Part shown: piece after piece, positions 27,122 to 37,943 of the stretch | Position numbering within the stretch: the stretch's first letter is position 1 | How the letters are laid out: each line of letters starts with the position of its first letter | Position numbers and translations under genes: made by a program | The notes under the pieces: generated by a model | Database searches by the model: none | What the model was told of the DNA's origin: nothing | The model's input: only the letters and a program-made list of their open reading frames with translations | Origin: a virus | IMG/VR virus record: IMGVR_UViG_3300019373_000002 | DNA: 49,089 bases | Strand: one strand, 5' to 3'

Positions 27122-27465
27122 TGGACTTCAAAGCGTTGCTTGCCAGTGACATGAAAGTATTTCACAATCCGGCTGAAATGGCACATATAACAAATTTATG
27201 GTATCTGGAAAAGTGCTACACGGTCCCGGCAGTCATTGACCACACGGGAGCGGAAGACAGACGAAAGACAGAGAATGACCACGCAGAGGGTATATACCGG
27301 GCAAATTGTCTGGTATATATCGCTTTGTGCGATTTGGGATTTGTGCCAAAGAAAGACCGCAATATTGAGATTGAAGAAGCGGGCGCAGTCAATCTGTATA
27401 GGATTGAAAAAGCGGATTGTGAAGACGGCGAAATCATTCTTGAATTGGAGTTGATGGACGAATGA
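27121..27465 (+). CDS. Head-tail connector / head completion protein (hypothetical)
   Basis: Called from position only; 114 aa. Confidence 0.4.
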   Translation: MDFKALLASDMKVFHNPAEMAHITNLWYLEKCYTVPAVIDHTGAEDRRKTENDHAEGIYRANCLVYIALCDLGFVPKKDRNIEIEEAGAVNLYRIEKADCEDGEIILELELMDE

Positions 27466-28022
27466 TTGAAATTACTTCTGAAACCATAGAGAGGGTGGAA
27501 ACATTACTGGCGGGCGTTCCAAAAGGTGCGGAAAGAGCATTTTCAAACGCAATCAACAGAGGTTTAAGCCACACAAAGACGCAGGCTTTCAAGCAAGTAA
27601 AAAAAGTGTACGCAGTAAAGCAGGAAGCATTGACCGCAGCGACAAAGACGCAGATTAGAAAAGCCAGCACGGGAAACCTTGCTGGCTATGTATCTTTTTC
27701 TGGCGTAAAGATACCGCTTTACAAATTCAGCGTATCACCAAAAGAACCGGGCAAAAAGCAAAAAGTGCGGGCGGGCGTGATGAAAGGCGGCGGCGCAGTT
27801 TTTGAAGACGCTTTTATTGCCAGAATGAGCAACGGACACACCGGGATATTTGAACGGTTGACTTCAAAGCGATTTCCCATTGAAGAAAAAATGGGACTGT
27901 CTGCGGCGCAGATGGTAGGCAATGAAGCAAACATTGAACTGCTGACGCAGGAAGCGCAAGAAAAGGTTGACGAACGCTTGAAACACGAAATTGACCGCAT
28001 TTTGAACGGATATGGAGGTTAA
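27462..28022 (+). CDS. Tail completion / connector protein (GpZ-like, tentative)
   Basis: Position plus an N-terminal AERAFSNAINRGLSHTKTQAFKQV pattern. Confidence 0.4.
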   Translation: MIEITSETIERVETLLAGVPKGAERAFSNAINRGLSHTKTQAFKQVKKVYAVKQEALTAATKTQIRKASTGNLAGYVSFSGVKIPLYKFSVSPKEPGKKQKVRAGVMKGGGAVFEDAFIARMSNGHTGIFERLTSKRFPIEEKMGLSAAQMVGNEANIELLTQEAQEKVDERLKHEIDRILNGYGG

Positions 28023-28027
28023 AGCGC

Positions 28028-28519
28028 ATGACACCAATTATTCTGCTTGATGAACTGCAAAAATTCATTGAGGAAAACACCGCAGACATTCTGCTTGAAT
28101 GTAGGGTGCGGACGGGTCCGGCAACGGGCAAGGAAAGAGCGGCGCAAGTACACAAAATGGGGCTGCCGGAAAAGGACGATACCACACAACAGATACCATA
28201 TATCTTGTTGAAAATATTGACCGGGGCAGACGAAAAGGAAGACAACCAGCCAAAGACAAGTGAAGTCAAAGTGCGCATTATCATTGCGACATATTCACAG
28301 AACGGAGAGCAGGGACCGCTTGCGTTGTTAAATCTAATATTGCGGATAAGGGAGCGGCTGGAAAAGCAGCATATCATTGGCGGCAGATTTTGCCTTGAAT
28401 ATCCGCTGGAATATATCATGTATCAAGATACAGAACCCCCGTATTATCTGGGGGAAATAATGACAAATTGGAGCATACCAACCATTGAAAGAGAGGTGCA
28501 AAAGTTATGGCAGGAGTGA
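28028..28519 (+). CDS. Tail-associated hypothetical protein
   Basis: Called from position only, between the connector and sheath genes. Confidence 0.4.
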   Translation: MTPIILLDELQKFIEENTADILLECRVRTGPATGKERAAQVHKMGLPEKDDTTQQIPYILLKILTGADEKEDNQPKTSEVKVRIIIATYSQNGEQGPLALLNLILRIRERLEKQHIIGGRFCLEYPLEYIMYQDTEPPYYLGEIMTNWSIPTIEREVQKLWQE

Positions 28520-28902
28520 AAAAGGACACTGCAAACGCAGCAGAGGTTGAAGCGGCAGCGGTGGACAATTCAACCAACGAACCAGTAAACACCGATACCG
28601 AGGCAGCAGGAGCGGCAGAAAAGGCAAAGAAAGAGCCGGAAGCCACAAAGCTAATCTATATCGGACCGACACTGCCAAAGGCGGCGTTAAAGTCAAACAG
28701 CATTTTTGACGGAACGGAAGCGGATATTAAGGCGTACTTAAAGCCAGTCATTGACAAATACCCGCTTGTTGAAAAGCTGCTTGTCACAACGGATGGGCTG
28801 GCAGAGAAAAAAGACAAGGTGCAGACCAGCGGAAACATTCTGAACAAGTATTATTCAGACCTTGTTTCATTAGCGGCTGCCGAATTAGCAAAGGAGGATT
28901 AA
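28507..28902 (+). CDS. Hypothetical structural protein
   Basis: 131 aa, in the operon just before the sheath gene. Confidence 0.4.
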   Translation: MAGVKKDTANAAEVEAAAVDNSTNEPVNTDTEAAGAAEKAKKEPEATKLIYIGPTLPKAALKSNSIFDGTEADIKAYLKPVIDKYPLVEKLLVTTDGLAEKKDKVQTSGNILNKYYSDLVSLAAAELAKED

Positions 28903-28905
28903 AAA

Positions 28906-30354
28906 ATGTCAGTAACACATGGAGTAAGCGCAAGCAAGAAAGCAACCAGCGTTTCAACACCCGTGGTTGCTGCGTCTGGCGTTCATTTTGTTGTAGGGGC
29001 TGCACCCATTCAGACAATCGAAAACGGCAAAGTGAATGAAGTTATCATGGCGCAGAGTTACGCAGAAGCGGTGCAACAGCTGGGCTATTCTGACGACTGG
29101 GCAAAGTACGGACTTTGCGAAGAAATATACACGGCTTTCAAACTTTACAATGTAAGCCCCGTATTTTTCGTGAATGTGCTTGACCCGGCAACACACAAAA
29201 CGGCGGTTGCGGCTGCGGATATTACACCCGCAGACAATAAAATTAAACTTCCGCTTGAAGCAATCAAAAGCAGTATCGTTGTAAAGACTTCTTCAAGTGC
29301 TGAAAGCCCTATGGTTGTAGGCACGGACTATGATGTTTTTTATGATGATACCAACTGCGTGATTGAGTTTTTAACCGCAAGGACGGCGGCTGCAAATGTG
29401 GCATACAACAAGGTTGACCCCACACAGATTACATCAAGCCAGATTATCGGCGGTTATAATTCAAGTACGAACAAGACAACCGGGCTTGAACTGATTGACA
29501 GCGTATTTCCGCTTTACAAAACCGTGCCGGACATTATCTTGTGTCCGAATTGGTCACATGACAGCGAGATTGCGGCAGTTATGGCGGCAAAGGCTGAAAA
29601 CATCAACGGTCTTTTTGAAGCGGTTGCAATTCTGGATGTTGATACATCCGGCGGCGGCGTGAACAGATACAGCGGCGTTCCGGCGTGGAAGTCTTCACAC
29701 AACTTCATGAAGAAGCAGGAAATTGTTTGCTTCCCCAAACTTGCGCTGGGAAGCAAGATTTTCAACTTTTCCACACAGCTTGCGGGCAGCATGACAGCAA
29801 CAGACAACAACGAGGATTTAGGCGGCGGCACACCTTGCGAGAGCGCAAGCAACAAGTCACTGCAAGCAGACAGAATGGTGCTGGCAGACGGCACGGAGGT
29901 TGTGCAGGATTTACAGAACGCCAATTACTTGAACGAAAACGGCGTTGTAACGGGCTTGAATTTCTACAACGGCTTTGTAAGCTGGGGAAATTATACGGCT
30001 TGTTATCCCGCAAATACAGACCCCGCAGACTATTTCTATTGTATCAATAGAATGTTCCGCTGGGTTGCAAAGTCTTGTATTCTTTCATACTGGGCTTATA
30101 CAGACCGCAAGTTGACCCGCAGACTGATTGACGCAATCTTGCAGGGCATGAACGATTGGTTGAACGGGCTGACAGCAGAAGAAAGAATACTGGGCGGGCG
30201 TGTTGAAATGCTGGAGGAAGAAAACACAACCACAATGCTTATGGCTGGTCATGTAAAATTCCACATCTACATTACACCGCCAAGCCCGTTGCAGCAGCTG
30301 GAATTTGTGCTTGAATATGACTTGTCATATCTTGAAGCACTGGTGGCAGCGTAA
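28906..30354 (+). CDS. Contractile tail sheath protein
   Basis: 482 aa. N-terminal HGVSASKKATSVSTPVVAASGVHFVVGAAP is sheath-like, and a tube gene follows. Confidence 0.8.
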   Translation: MSVTHGVSASKKATSVSTPVVAASGVHFVVGAAPIQTIENGKVNEVIMAQSYAEAVQQLGYSDDWAKYGLCEEIYTAFKLYNVSPVFFVNVLDPATHKTAVAAADITPADNKIKLPLEAIKSSIVVKTSSSAESPMVVGTDYDVFYDDTNCVIEFLTARTAAANVAYNKVDPTQITSSQIIGGYNSSTNKTTGLELIDSVFPLYKTVPDIILCPNWSHDSEIAAVMAAKAENINGLFEAVAILDVDTSGGGVNRYSGVPAWKSSHNFMKKQEIVCFPKLALGSKIFNFSTQLAGSMTATDNNEDLGGGTPCESASNKSLQADRMVLADGTEVVQDLQNANYLNENGVVTGLNFYNGFVSWGNYTACYPANTDPADYFYCINRMFRWVAKSCILSYWAYTDRKLTRRLIDAILQGMNDWLNGLTAEERILGGRVEMLEEENTTTMLMAGHVKFHIYITPPSPLQQLEFVLEYDLSYLEALVAA

Positions 30355-30369
30355 AGGAGGTAAAAGACA

Positions 30370-30888
30370 ATGGCAAAGATTGACGAACTTGTTATCAATT
30401 ACGCCGTGTACGAAGACGCAACAGAGTACATGGGGACCACAGAAGCAACGCTGCCGGATTTGGAGTTTCTGACAGAGGAACTTTCCGGGGCTGGCATTGC
30501 AGGAAATGTGGAAGAAATCATTACTGGGCATTTGTCCGCTATGTCAACAACCTTGAATTTCCGCACCGTGGGCAGGGGAGCAGTGAAGCTGCTTGAACCC
30601 AGAGTGCATAAGATTGATTTAAGGGTTGCGCAGCAGCAAATGAACATGAGGACTTCCGAAACGGAAGTTGCCAGCTTGAAGCACATCATGAAAGTTAAGC
30701 CCAAGAAAACCACGCTGGGCAAGGTTGCTGCGGCTTCAACTGCGGATGTGTCCGGCGAGTATGCAGTATCTTACTATGCAATGTATATTGACGGCAAGAA
30801 AGTGACAGAGGTTGACCCGCTGAACTTTATCTGCATGATTAACGGCACAGACTATCTGAAAGCCGTCAAGAAAGCACTGGGCAAATAA
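30370..30888 (+). CDS. Tail tube protein
   Basis: 172 aa directly after the sheath gene. The P2 FII-like size and pattern fit. Confidence 0.75.
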   Translation: MAKIDELVINYAVYEDATEYMGTTEATLPDLEFLTEELSGAGIAGNVEEIITGHLSAMSTTLNFRTVGRGAVKLLEPRVHKIDLRVAQQQMNMRTSETEVASLKHIMKVKPKKTTLGKVAAASTADVSGEYAVSYYAMYIDGKKVTEVDPLNFICMINGTDYLKAVKKALGK

Positions 30889-30951
30889 TTGCCCGCAAAG
30901 TCCTTTTGGTCAAAGGCAAAGCAAGGATTGATTATCACACGGGGCAGCAGT

Positions 30952-30972
30952 GCCAGCGGGTTTTCCGCTGGC
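30952..30972 (+). terminator. Hairpin with a T-rich tail after the sheath and tube genes (attenuator-like)
   Basis: GCCAGCGG-gtttt-CCGCTGGC followed by ATTTTGCTGTCATATTTTT. Confidence 0.5.
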
Positions 30973-30996
30973 ATTTTGCTGTCATATTTTTAGAAC

Positions 30997-31434
30997 ATGG
31001 AGGAAAGAAAAATGGCAGATACAACAAAGAACACCGTAACAGAGAACACCGCAGCAGAGGGAGCAGCGGAAGAAAAGGAAATGCAGGAAGCGCAGAAGAA
31101 CGGCGTTGTGGACTTTTCACAGAAGAAAGAAGACAAGGAAAAGTCCGGGAATTATACGCACACATTCAGCAAGCCCGTTGAAATCGAGGGCAAGCAGTAC
31201 AAGACTTTGACATTTTACTTTGACACATTGACTGGCGAAGACATTGAAGCAGTAGAAGAAGAATTGCAGGACCAGAACAAGTATGTATTGACCCCGGAAA
31301 TTTCTTCTGCTTTTCAGTCAACGCTTGCTGCAAGGGCTGCAAAAGTCCCGGCTGACGAAATCAGACGCTTGCCGGTCCGTGACTATATGCAGATTAAGAA
31401 CAAGGCAAGAAATTTTTTAATAAGTATGGGCTAA
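30997..31434 (+). CDS. Tail assembly chaperone (zero-frame product)
   Basis: 145 aa, acidic, between the tube and tape-measure genes. Confidence 0.7.
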   Translation: MEERKMADTTKNTVTENTAAEGAAEEKEMQEAQKNGVVDFSQKKEDKEKSGNYTHTFSKPVEIEGKQYKTLTFYFDTLTGEDIEAVEEELQDQNKYVLTPEISSAFQSTLAARAAKVPADEIRRLPVRDYMQIKNKARNFLISMG

Positions 31435-31643
31435 CGAGAGCGAAAGCCCCGGACGGGTCAATCATTGAGATAAAAGACCCGGCAAACTTCTTGCGAAAGC
31501 AGATATATAAAATGTCAAGGGCTACGCATACGCCTATACCGTTCTTTCTGAAAATGACAATCCGTGAACTTTACCGCTGGATTGATAGCGTAAACGAAGT
31601 AGAAGTGGAAGAAGAAAAGGCAAGAAAGAACGCCGGAAAGTAG
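30997..31643 (+). CDS. Tail assembly chaperone, -1 frameshift extended product
   Basis: From T TTT TTA (31413..31419) the -1 frame stays open to TAG at 31641..31643. I translated it codon by codon and found no stop. Confidence 0.65.
31413..31419 (+). promoter_or_regulatory. Slippery heptamer T_TTT_TTA for programmed -1 ribosomal frameshifting
   Basis: It matches the X_XXY_YYZ pattern in the zero frame (AAT TTT TTA), 5 codons before the zero-frame stop. Confidence 0.6.
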
Positions 31644-31657
31644 GGAGGTGAAAACCG

Positions 31658-34600
31658 TTGGCAGGGTCACAGAGAGAATATGAACTGCTTTTCAAGCTGA
31701 AAGCCACGCTGGGCGGTGACTTCAAAAACACCTTTAAGCAAGCCATTGACACCCAGAAGCAGTTGCAGAACAGCCTAAAAAATGTCAATTCCCTACAATC
31801 CAAAATAGACGGCTTCACAAAGCAGTCTGCGGCGATTGATAAGAACAAAGAGAAGCTGGAAGCGTTAAACAAGGAACATGACCGCTTGCAGCAGGAATTG
31901 AACCAAAGCGGCGAACCGACAGAAGCACTGCGCCGGAAGCTGGAAAAGAACGAAAGCCAGATACAACAGACCACTGCCAAAATAGAAGAACAAGAAAAAG
32001 AACTGGACAAGTTAAGCGGCGAACTGAAAGAAGCCGGAGTGAATACGGACAATCTGACTGGCGAAAATGAACGCTTGCAGAAGTCCTATGACAAATTAAA
32101 GGCTTCACAAGAAACGCTACAAAGGCTTGACGCAAAACAGCAGCAAATATCTGAAAGTATAGGGCAGACGAAAACACAACTTCTGGGAACGGTTGGAGTT
32201 ATGACAGCCGTTGCAGCTGCGGTTTATGCGGGACCAATAAAGACATACCAAGACTTTGAAGAAGAAATGTCAACTGTTGCTGGTATCACACACGCAACTG
32301 GGGACGAACTGGAAGCGTTGAAGAACGCAGCAAAGCAAGCGGGACAGACAACATGGGCAACCGCCACGGAGAGTGCGCAAGCCCTTGAATATATGTCACT
32401 TGCGGGCTGGACCAGTGAACAGAGCATAGGCGCATTGAATGATATGTTGATGGCTGCAAAAATCAGCGGTCTTGATTTAGGAGCGTCAACAGACCTTGTG
32501 ACCGACAGCATGAGCGCAATGGGACTTTCCGTTGACCAGCTGGGGCATTATCTGGATGTGACCACAAAGGCAAACAATGTGGCAAACACTACATCCAGTG
32601 ACCTTATGGAAGCAATACTGGGGTGCGCTGGTGCTGCAAAAACAAACGGCATAAACCTTGAAAGTCTTTCAACGGCACTGTCCGTCTTTGCAAATAACGG
32701 TCTTAAAGGCACACAAGCCGGAACTGCTATGAACTCAATACTTGTGCGTATGACTTCAAACGACAAGGCATTGACGGAAATGGCAAGGCTGGGTGTAAAT
32801 GCGTTTGATGAACAAACCGGGTCTTTCCGTGATATGGGGGACATACTAAAAGACCTTGAAGCAAAGATGGTCACAATGACGGACGCAGAGCGTGACGCTT
32901 CATTGAAAGCCATTGCAGGAACTAACTATTACAGCCAGTTTGCATATCTGCTTGACAGCGTATCAGAAGCGGCAGAGGGAACGGCTGGCAGCTGGGATGT
33001 ACTGACAAGCAAACTGAATGACGCTGACGGCGCAGCAGAAGAAATGTACGGCACTATGATGAACAATTTTTCTGGTGCTATGACGGAAGCTAAAAGCGCA
33101 GTAGAAGCGGTGCAACTGGCACTGGGCGAAGCGTTGACCCCGGCATTAACAGAAACGGTGCGGGCAGTAACGCCGTACATCCAGAAAGCAGCAACTTTCA
33201 TTTCAGAGCATAAAGAACTTGTTGCAACCGTTGCAAAGGTTGTGGCAGGGCTGGCAGCGGCACGGGTCGGATTTTTAGGCTTGAAGCTGGCAGGGCTGAC
33301 CGGGGAAAGCGGCATTATCAGCATTATTCAAAAGCTGGTAGGCTTACGGGCTGGAATGATTGAGAACGCAGCAACAAGCGTTTCATTTGCAACGAAACTG
33401 TCCGGCGCAGGAAAAGGGCTGCTGTCCTATTTTGGCAATGTAGGAAGCGCACTGGGCGGCGTTGGCACGGCAGTTGGTAAAGTATTCAGCGGAAACGCAC
33501 TGACTGGCAAGGTTGGGGAGTTTCTGGGCGGCATTAAAACACAGATACTGGGCGGCATATCCGGGCTGGCTGGCAAGGCGGCAGGAACGCTGACTGGGGC
33601 TGGGTCAAAAATGCTGGGATTTATTCTGACCCCGTTTAAGGCAATCGGCGGCAGACTGGGCGGGCTATTGTCTGGCGTAGGAAGCGTGATTGCAAATAGT
33701 CCGATAGGGCGCATAGGGTCATTTATTACTGGCGGCATATCAAAGGCGGTGGGCGGCATAGGCAGTCTGTTTGCACCGATAGGAAACGCCGTCAAAACGA
33801 TACTGGGACCGATAGGCAACCTTGCAAAAACGGCACTGGGACCGCTGGGAGGTATAGCGGGAAAAGTGTTGCCGATTGTCGGAATAGTCACGGCGGTTAT
33901 CACAGTATTCAAGATGTTAAAAGACCACTTGCAGGAAGTGCGGGACTTCATCCAGCGTACTTTTGGAGATGAAGCACTGGCGGTCTTTGACAAGATTGTT
34001 GCGGTGATAACGAATGTGGGCGAAACCATCAAGGGTATTTTCAGTGATGGAAACATAGGCGCAGCCCGTGACAAGATACAAGAGATTTTCGGAGATAAGG
34101 GCGCAGCGGTCTTTGACAAGCTGGTTGGCATACTGCGCAATGTAATTTCCGTTGTGCAATCCATAGTGAATTTCTTAATGGCAAATGTTGTCCCAGTGAT
34201 GGAACAAATATTCAATGTCATTATCACGCAGATTGTACCGGGTATCATTTCATTTGTGCAAGCGGCAGCACCCGTGATTATGGAAATAGTGGGGCAGATT
34301 GTTGATTTCATTGCAGCACTAATGCCAGTGATTGCGGACGCAATAGCAGCAATAATGCCGATTATCAGCGACATTATAACTTTTATATCAACCTATGTAC
34401 TGCCGATTATTTCAGAGGTATTCACATTCATTACAGCAACGGTGCTACCCATCATTTCACAGATGATACAAGCATTGCTACCAGTTATCCAGAATGTGTT
34501 GACAACGCTAATCCCGGCGATACAAACGGCAGTAACTACAATCTGGAATGTGGTACAGCCTATCATTGCAGGAATACTGGCAGCAGTACAAGCGGCAATG

Positions 34601-35335
34601 CCTACAATACAAGCAGTTGTGACAACCGTTGTGACAGCCATTGGAGGCGTGATAAACGGGCTTGCAACCGTGCTGAACGGTATTATTCAGTTTATTACTG
34701 GCGTATTCACTGGCAACTGGTCGCAAGCGTGGGAGGGCGTGAAGTCCATCTTTTCCGGGGCATTTGAAGCGATAAAGAGCATAGCCAAAGGCGTTATGAA
34801 TGGCTTGATTGACATTATCAACGGCGCAATAGGCGGCTTGAACAAGCTGCAAATACCAGATTGGGTCCCGGGCGTTGGCGGTAAAGGCATAAACATTCCG
34901 CTGATACCGAAACTTGCAAAAGGTTCAACATTTACGCCGGACACATTCATTGCCGGAGAAGCGGGACCAGAGCTAATCACAAACGCACCGGGGCGCACCG
35001 TATTTACTGCAAGCCAGACCAAAGACATTATGGCGGCGCAGGGAGCGGCAGCGGCAGCGGTTGCAGCAGCACCGACAGTACAGAGCGCAGCAGGGCTGGC
35101 AAGCACCGTGAACACTGCGCCTATTGTGGCAGCAGGAGCGGGCAGCGGCGGCACATCCGGCGCAGGAGGTACGAACAATGTAACTATCAACAACAATCCG
35201 ACAATCGTTGTGAATGGGGACCAGCCGGACGATTTAGAAGAAAAGCTGGAAGAAAACAACCAGCGGTTGTTGCGTCAAGTAGAAAATATGCTTGACGATA
35301 AAGAGGATAAGGAGGAGCGGCAGCGGTATGAGTAG
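31658..35335 (+). CDS. Tape measure protein
   Basis: 1225 aa. Coiled-coil N-terminus followed by long Gly/Ala/Ile-rich repetitive hydrophobic segments. TTG start after GGGAGG. Confidence 0.85.
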   Translation: MAGSQREYELLFKLKATLGGDFKNTFKQAIDTQKQLQNSLKNVNSLQSKIDGFTKQSAAIDKNKEKLEALNKEHDRLQQELNQSGEPTEALRRKLEKNESQIQQTTAKIEEQEKELDKLSGELKEAGVNTDNLTGENERLQKSYDKLKASQETLQRLDAKQQQISESIGQTKTQLLGTVGVMTAVAAAVYAGPIKTYQDFEEEMSTVAGITHATGDELEALKNAAKQAGQTTWATATESAQALEYMSLAGWTSEQSIGALNDMLMAAKISGLDLGASTDLVTDSMSAMGLSVDQLGHYLDVTTKANNVANTTSSDLMEAILGCAGAAKTNGINLESLSTALSVFANNGLKGTQAGTAMNSILVRMTSNDKALTEMARLGVNAFDEQTGSFRDMGDILKDLEAKMVTMTDAERDASLKAIAGTNYYSQFAYLLDSVSEAAEGTAGSWDVLTSKLNDADGAAEEMYGTMMNNFSGAMTEAKSAVEAVQLALGEALTPALTETVRAVTPYIQKAATFISEHKELVATVAKVVAGLAAARVGFLGLKLAGLTGESGIISIIQKLVGLRAGMIENAATSVSFATKLSGAGKGLLSYFGNVGSALGGVGTAVGKVFSGNALTGKVGEFLGGIKTQILGGISGLAGKAAGTLTGAGSKMLGFILTPFKAIGGRLGGLLSGVGSVIANSPIGRIGSFITGGISKAVGGIGSLFAPIGNAVKTILGPIGNLAKTALGPLGGIAGKVLPIVGIVTAVITVFKMLKDHLQEVRDFIQRTFGDEALAVFDKIVAVITNVGETIKGIFSDGNIGAARDKIQEIFGDKGAAVFDKLVGILRNVISVVQSIVNFLMANVVPVMEQIFNVIITQIVPGIISFVQAAAPVIMEIVGQIVDFIAALMPVIADAIAAIMPIISDIITFISTYVLPIISEVFTFITATVLPIISQMIQALLPVIQNVLTTLIPAIQTAVTTIWNVVQPIIAGILAAVQAAMPTIQAVVTTVVTAIGGVINGLATVLNGIIQFITGVFTGNWSQAWEGVKSIFSGAFEAIKSIAKGVMNGLIDIINGAIGGLNKLQIPDWVPGVGGKGINIPLIPKLAKGSTFTPDTFIAGEAGPELITNAPGRTVFTASQTKDIMAAQGAAAAAVAAAPTVQSAAGLASTVNTAPIVAAGAGSGGTSGAGGTNNVTINNNPTIVVNGDQPDDLEEKLEENNQRLLRQVENMLDDKEDKEERQRYE

Positions 35336-35546
35336 CAAGACATACACAACCATTTCCGGGGATATGTGGGACAAAATAGCCTTTGAGCAAATGGGAAGCG
35401 TATTGCAGACAGACAAGATGATTAAGGCAAACGCACAATATGCCGCAACATTTGTCTTTCCAGCCGGGGTGGTCTTGACCATCCCGGAAGTGGAAGACGA
35501 AACAGACATGGAATTGCCGCCGTGGAAAAGGGGGTTTTTGAATTAG
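35328..35546 (+). CDS. Tail protein X-like (LysM-like fold)
   Basis: [25 protein letters not shown] matches the P2 gpX pattern. The ATG overlaps the tape-measure stop. Confidence 0.6.
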   Translation: MSSKTYTTISGDMWDKIAFEQMGSVLQTDKMIKANAQYAATFVFPAGVVLTIPEVEDETDMELPPWKRGFLN

Positions 35547-35547
35547 C

Positions 35548-36846
35548 ATGAGCGCAAAAAACGAAGCACGGCGGGTTGAATTGCGGCTGAAATTTAAGAA
35601 CTGCAAACCCCCATTGAACATAAACAAATATTTAACCAGTCTTACATACACGGACGAAGAAGAAGACAACGCAGACGATTTGCAGCTTGTCTTTGACGAT
35701 AGGGAAAAAAAATGGCTGGGAAGCTGGCTGAAAATCACGCCAACGATTGTACGAACAACAAAGCAAGTCAACAAAGAGGTTGCGCCGGAAAATGTGACAA
35801 ATTACACGGTCAAAAAGGGTGACACTTTATGGGCGATTGCAAAGCAGTATTTAGGGGATGGGAAGAAATACACCCAGATTGCTTCTGAAAACAACATAAA
35901 AAACCCAAACTTGATATATCCGGGGCAAGTGCTGAAAATCACGGCTGGCGGCGAAGTGAAAACAACCGTTACAGAGGTAACGGAAACCGTGACACAAGCA
36001 GCGCAGCCAAAGTTGATACAAGCAACGATTGTGCAGAAAAACTGGCGTGACAATGGCAAAGATGTTGTGCTGGACTGCGGAACATTTGAACTTGACAGCG
36101 TGGACGCAAGCGGACCGCCAACAAAGATTACATTAAAAGGCACTTCAATTCCTTATACATCCACAATGCGAACGGCAAAGAAAAACCGTGCATGGGAAAG
36201 CTGCAATCTGAAAGCGATTGCAGAACAGATAGGGAAAGAAGCGGGGCTTTCCGTGATGTATCTTGCGGCGAACAATCCGACATACAAGCGAAAAGAGCAA
36301 GTGCAGAAATCAGACATTGCCTTTTTACAGAAGCTATGCAAGGCGGCAGGGCTTGCGCTGAAAGTAACCATAATGACGGTGGTTATATATGACGCTGCGG
36401 AATATGACAGCAAACCAGCAATCAAAACTATCAAATACGGCGGGAAAGATTATATTTCATATAAGCTGGGGACCAGCCTACATGATACCGCATACACCAG
36501 TTGTCATGTGTCCTATACAGACCCGGACAGCAAAGAAACGATTGAAAGCACATACACCCCGGACAGCAAAGACGGAACGGGACAAGTGCTGGAGGTAAAC
36601 GAAAAAGTAAGCAGCACGGAAGAAGCACACGAACTGGCAAAAAAGCGGCTGCGTGAAAAGAATACACAGCAATTCACAGCCAGTTTCACAATGGTTGGTG
36701 ATGTGCAGCTGGTGGCGGGTGCTTGCGTGAAATTAAAGGGCTTCCAGATGTTTGACCGCAAATATAAAATCACGAAAGCAACGCACAAACTGACTGGAGG
36801 TTATACAACCGACATTGAATTAAAACAAGTATTGGAGGGCTATTGA
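35548..36846 (+). CDS. Late control gene D-like baseplate hub protein with an inserted LysM domain
   Basis: 432 aa. LysM segment [47 protein letters not shown]-terminal [20 protein letters not shown] is gpD-like. Confidence 0.7.
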   Translation: MSAKNEARRVELRLKFKNCKPPLNINKYLTSLTYTDEEEDNADDLQLVFDDREKKWLGSWLKITPTIVRTTKQVNKEVAPENVTNYTVKKGDTLWAIAKQYLGDGKKYTQIASENNIKNPNLIYPGQVLKITAGGEVKTTVTEVTETVTQAAQPKLIQATIVQKNWRDNGKDVVLDCGTFELDSVDASGPPTKITLKGTSIPYTSTMRTAKKNRAWESCNLKAIAEQIGKEAGLSVMYLAANNPTYKRKEQVQKSDIAFLQKLCKAAGLALKVTIMTVVIYDAAEYDSKPAIKTIKYGGKDYISYKLGTSLHDTAYTSCHVSYTDPDSKETIESTYTPDSKDGTGQVLEVNEKVSSTEEAHELAKKRLREKNTQQFTASFTMVGDVQLVAGACVKLKGFQMFDRKYKITKATHKLTGGYTTDIELKQVLEGY

Positions 36847-37199
36847 TGAATGACCCAACGCCGATTGAATTAAAAAATATGGTGCGGGTGGGAACGGTAC
36901 AAAGCGTTGACAAAGACAGAATGACAGCCCGTGTCAAATTTGGAGATAAAGGCGGCATTGTGTCAAGCCCATTGCACATACTGAAACGCCCGGTTTATGT
37001 TATCCCGGCAATGGAGAGCGAAAACGAGGGCAAAACAGCAGAAAAAGAATTGAAATATGATGTGTCAAATGTATTGAAGACAGAAAAGCATTATCACGAA
37101 GCCTATATTTCTTTGTGGATACCGAATGTAAATGACATGGTGCTTTGCATTATGGTTGCGGACGGTGACGGGGACGGCTTCATTGTAGGGGAGGTGTAA
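36843..37199 (+). CDS. Baseplate spike / assembly protein V-like
   Basis: [20 protein letters not shown] is an OB-fold N-terminus typical of gpV/gp45. Confidence 0.6.
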   Translation: MMNDPTPIELKNMVRVGTVQSVDKDRMTARVKFGDKGGIVSSPLHILKRPVYVIPAMESENEGKTAEKELKYDVSNVLKTEKHYHEAYISLWIPNVNDMVLCIMVADGDGDGFIVGEV

Positions 37200-37202
37200 G
37201 CG

Positions 37203-37607
37203 GTGGCAAAGATAGGAAGTTTTGCAGGAAAACTTGTTTTTTCCGTATCAGACAACACCGTGCGCACCTTTGACCAGCTTTCATGGAAGACTTCTGCGAA
37301 ATACGCAACGCATGACAGACACATTAAAAGGGATGTGCTGGAATTTTTAGGACCAGAGCCGGGAAGTATCAGCTTTACAATGGCTTTTTCCGTGTTCCAC
37401 GGCACAAACCCTTTGCAGGAAATAAAGAAACTAAACAAGATGGTCAACAAAGGCATTACCGGGCGGCTGGTGCTGGGCGGCAGGGTGTACGGGTCTTATA
37501 AATGGGTTATTACTGGCGTACAGTCCACAATGAAGAGGTATGACAACAAGGGCAACTGCTGGGCTGCAACGGCGCAAATAACCATGAAAGAATATCCAAA
37601 GAGGTGA
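37203..37607 (+). CDS. Tail protein GpU-like
   Basis: The pattern F..S...VRTF..LSW......ATH.R.....LEFLGP....ISF resembles P2 GpU. Confidence 0.5.
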   Translation: MAKIGSFAGKLVFSVSDNTVRTFDQLSWKTSAKYATHDRHIKRDVLEFLGPEPGSISFTMAFSVFHGTNPLQEIKKLNKMVNKGITGRLVLGGRVYGSYKWVITGVQSTMKRYDNKGNCWAATAQITMKEYPKR

Positions 37608-37613
37608 TGGCGA

Positions 37614-37943
37614 ATGGATGTGATAAGAGGTGACGGCAAACTGCTTGAATATATTGACCTTGCCCCGGCTAACACACATCAAGAAGTGATACAAAATATT
37701 GCGGTGATACTGGACACGGTGCAAAAATCTTGCCCCATGTTCCGGGACTGCGGCTTGCCGGGTGATTTATACGGAAGACCGCTGAATGTGGTTGAAAATA
37801 TCATGGTTGGTTATATCTATGACCAGATAGAAGAATTTGAACCACGGGCGATTTTAGGCGGCATACGGTTTGAAGAAGACGCACTGACCGGGCAAATGAT
37901 ACCCATTATTGAGTTAGAGGGGGTGACGGAAGAAGATGAGTGA
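37614..37943 (+). CDS. Baseplate protein W / gp25-like
   Basis: 109 aa directly upstream of the J-like gene. RDCGLP..LYGRP fits the GPW_gp25 family. Confidence 0.6.
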   Translation: MDVIRGDGKLLEYIDLAPANTHQEVIQNIAVILDTVQKSCPMFRDCGLPGDLYGRPLNVVENIMVGYIYDQIEEFEPRAILGGIRFEEDALTGQMIPIIELEGVTEEDE

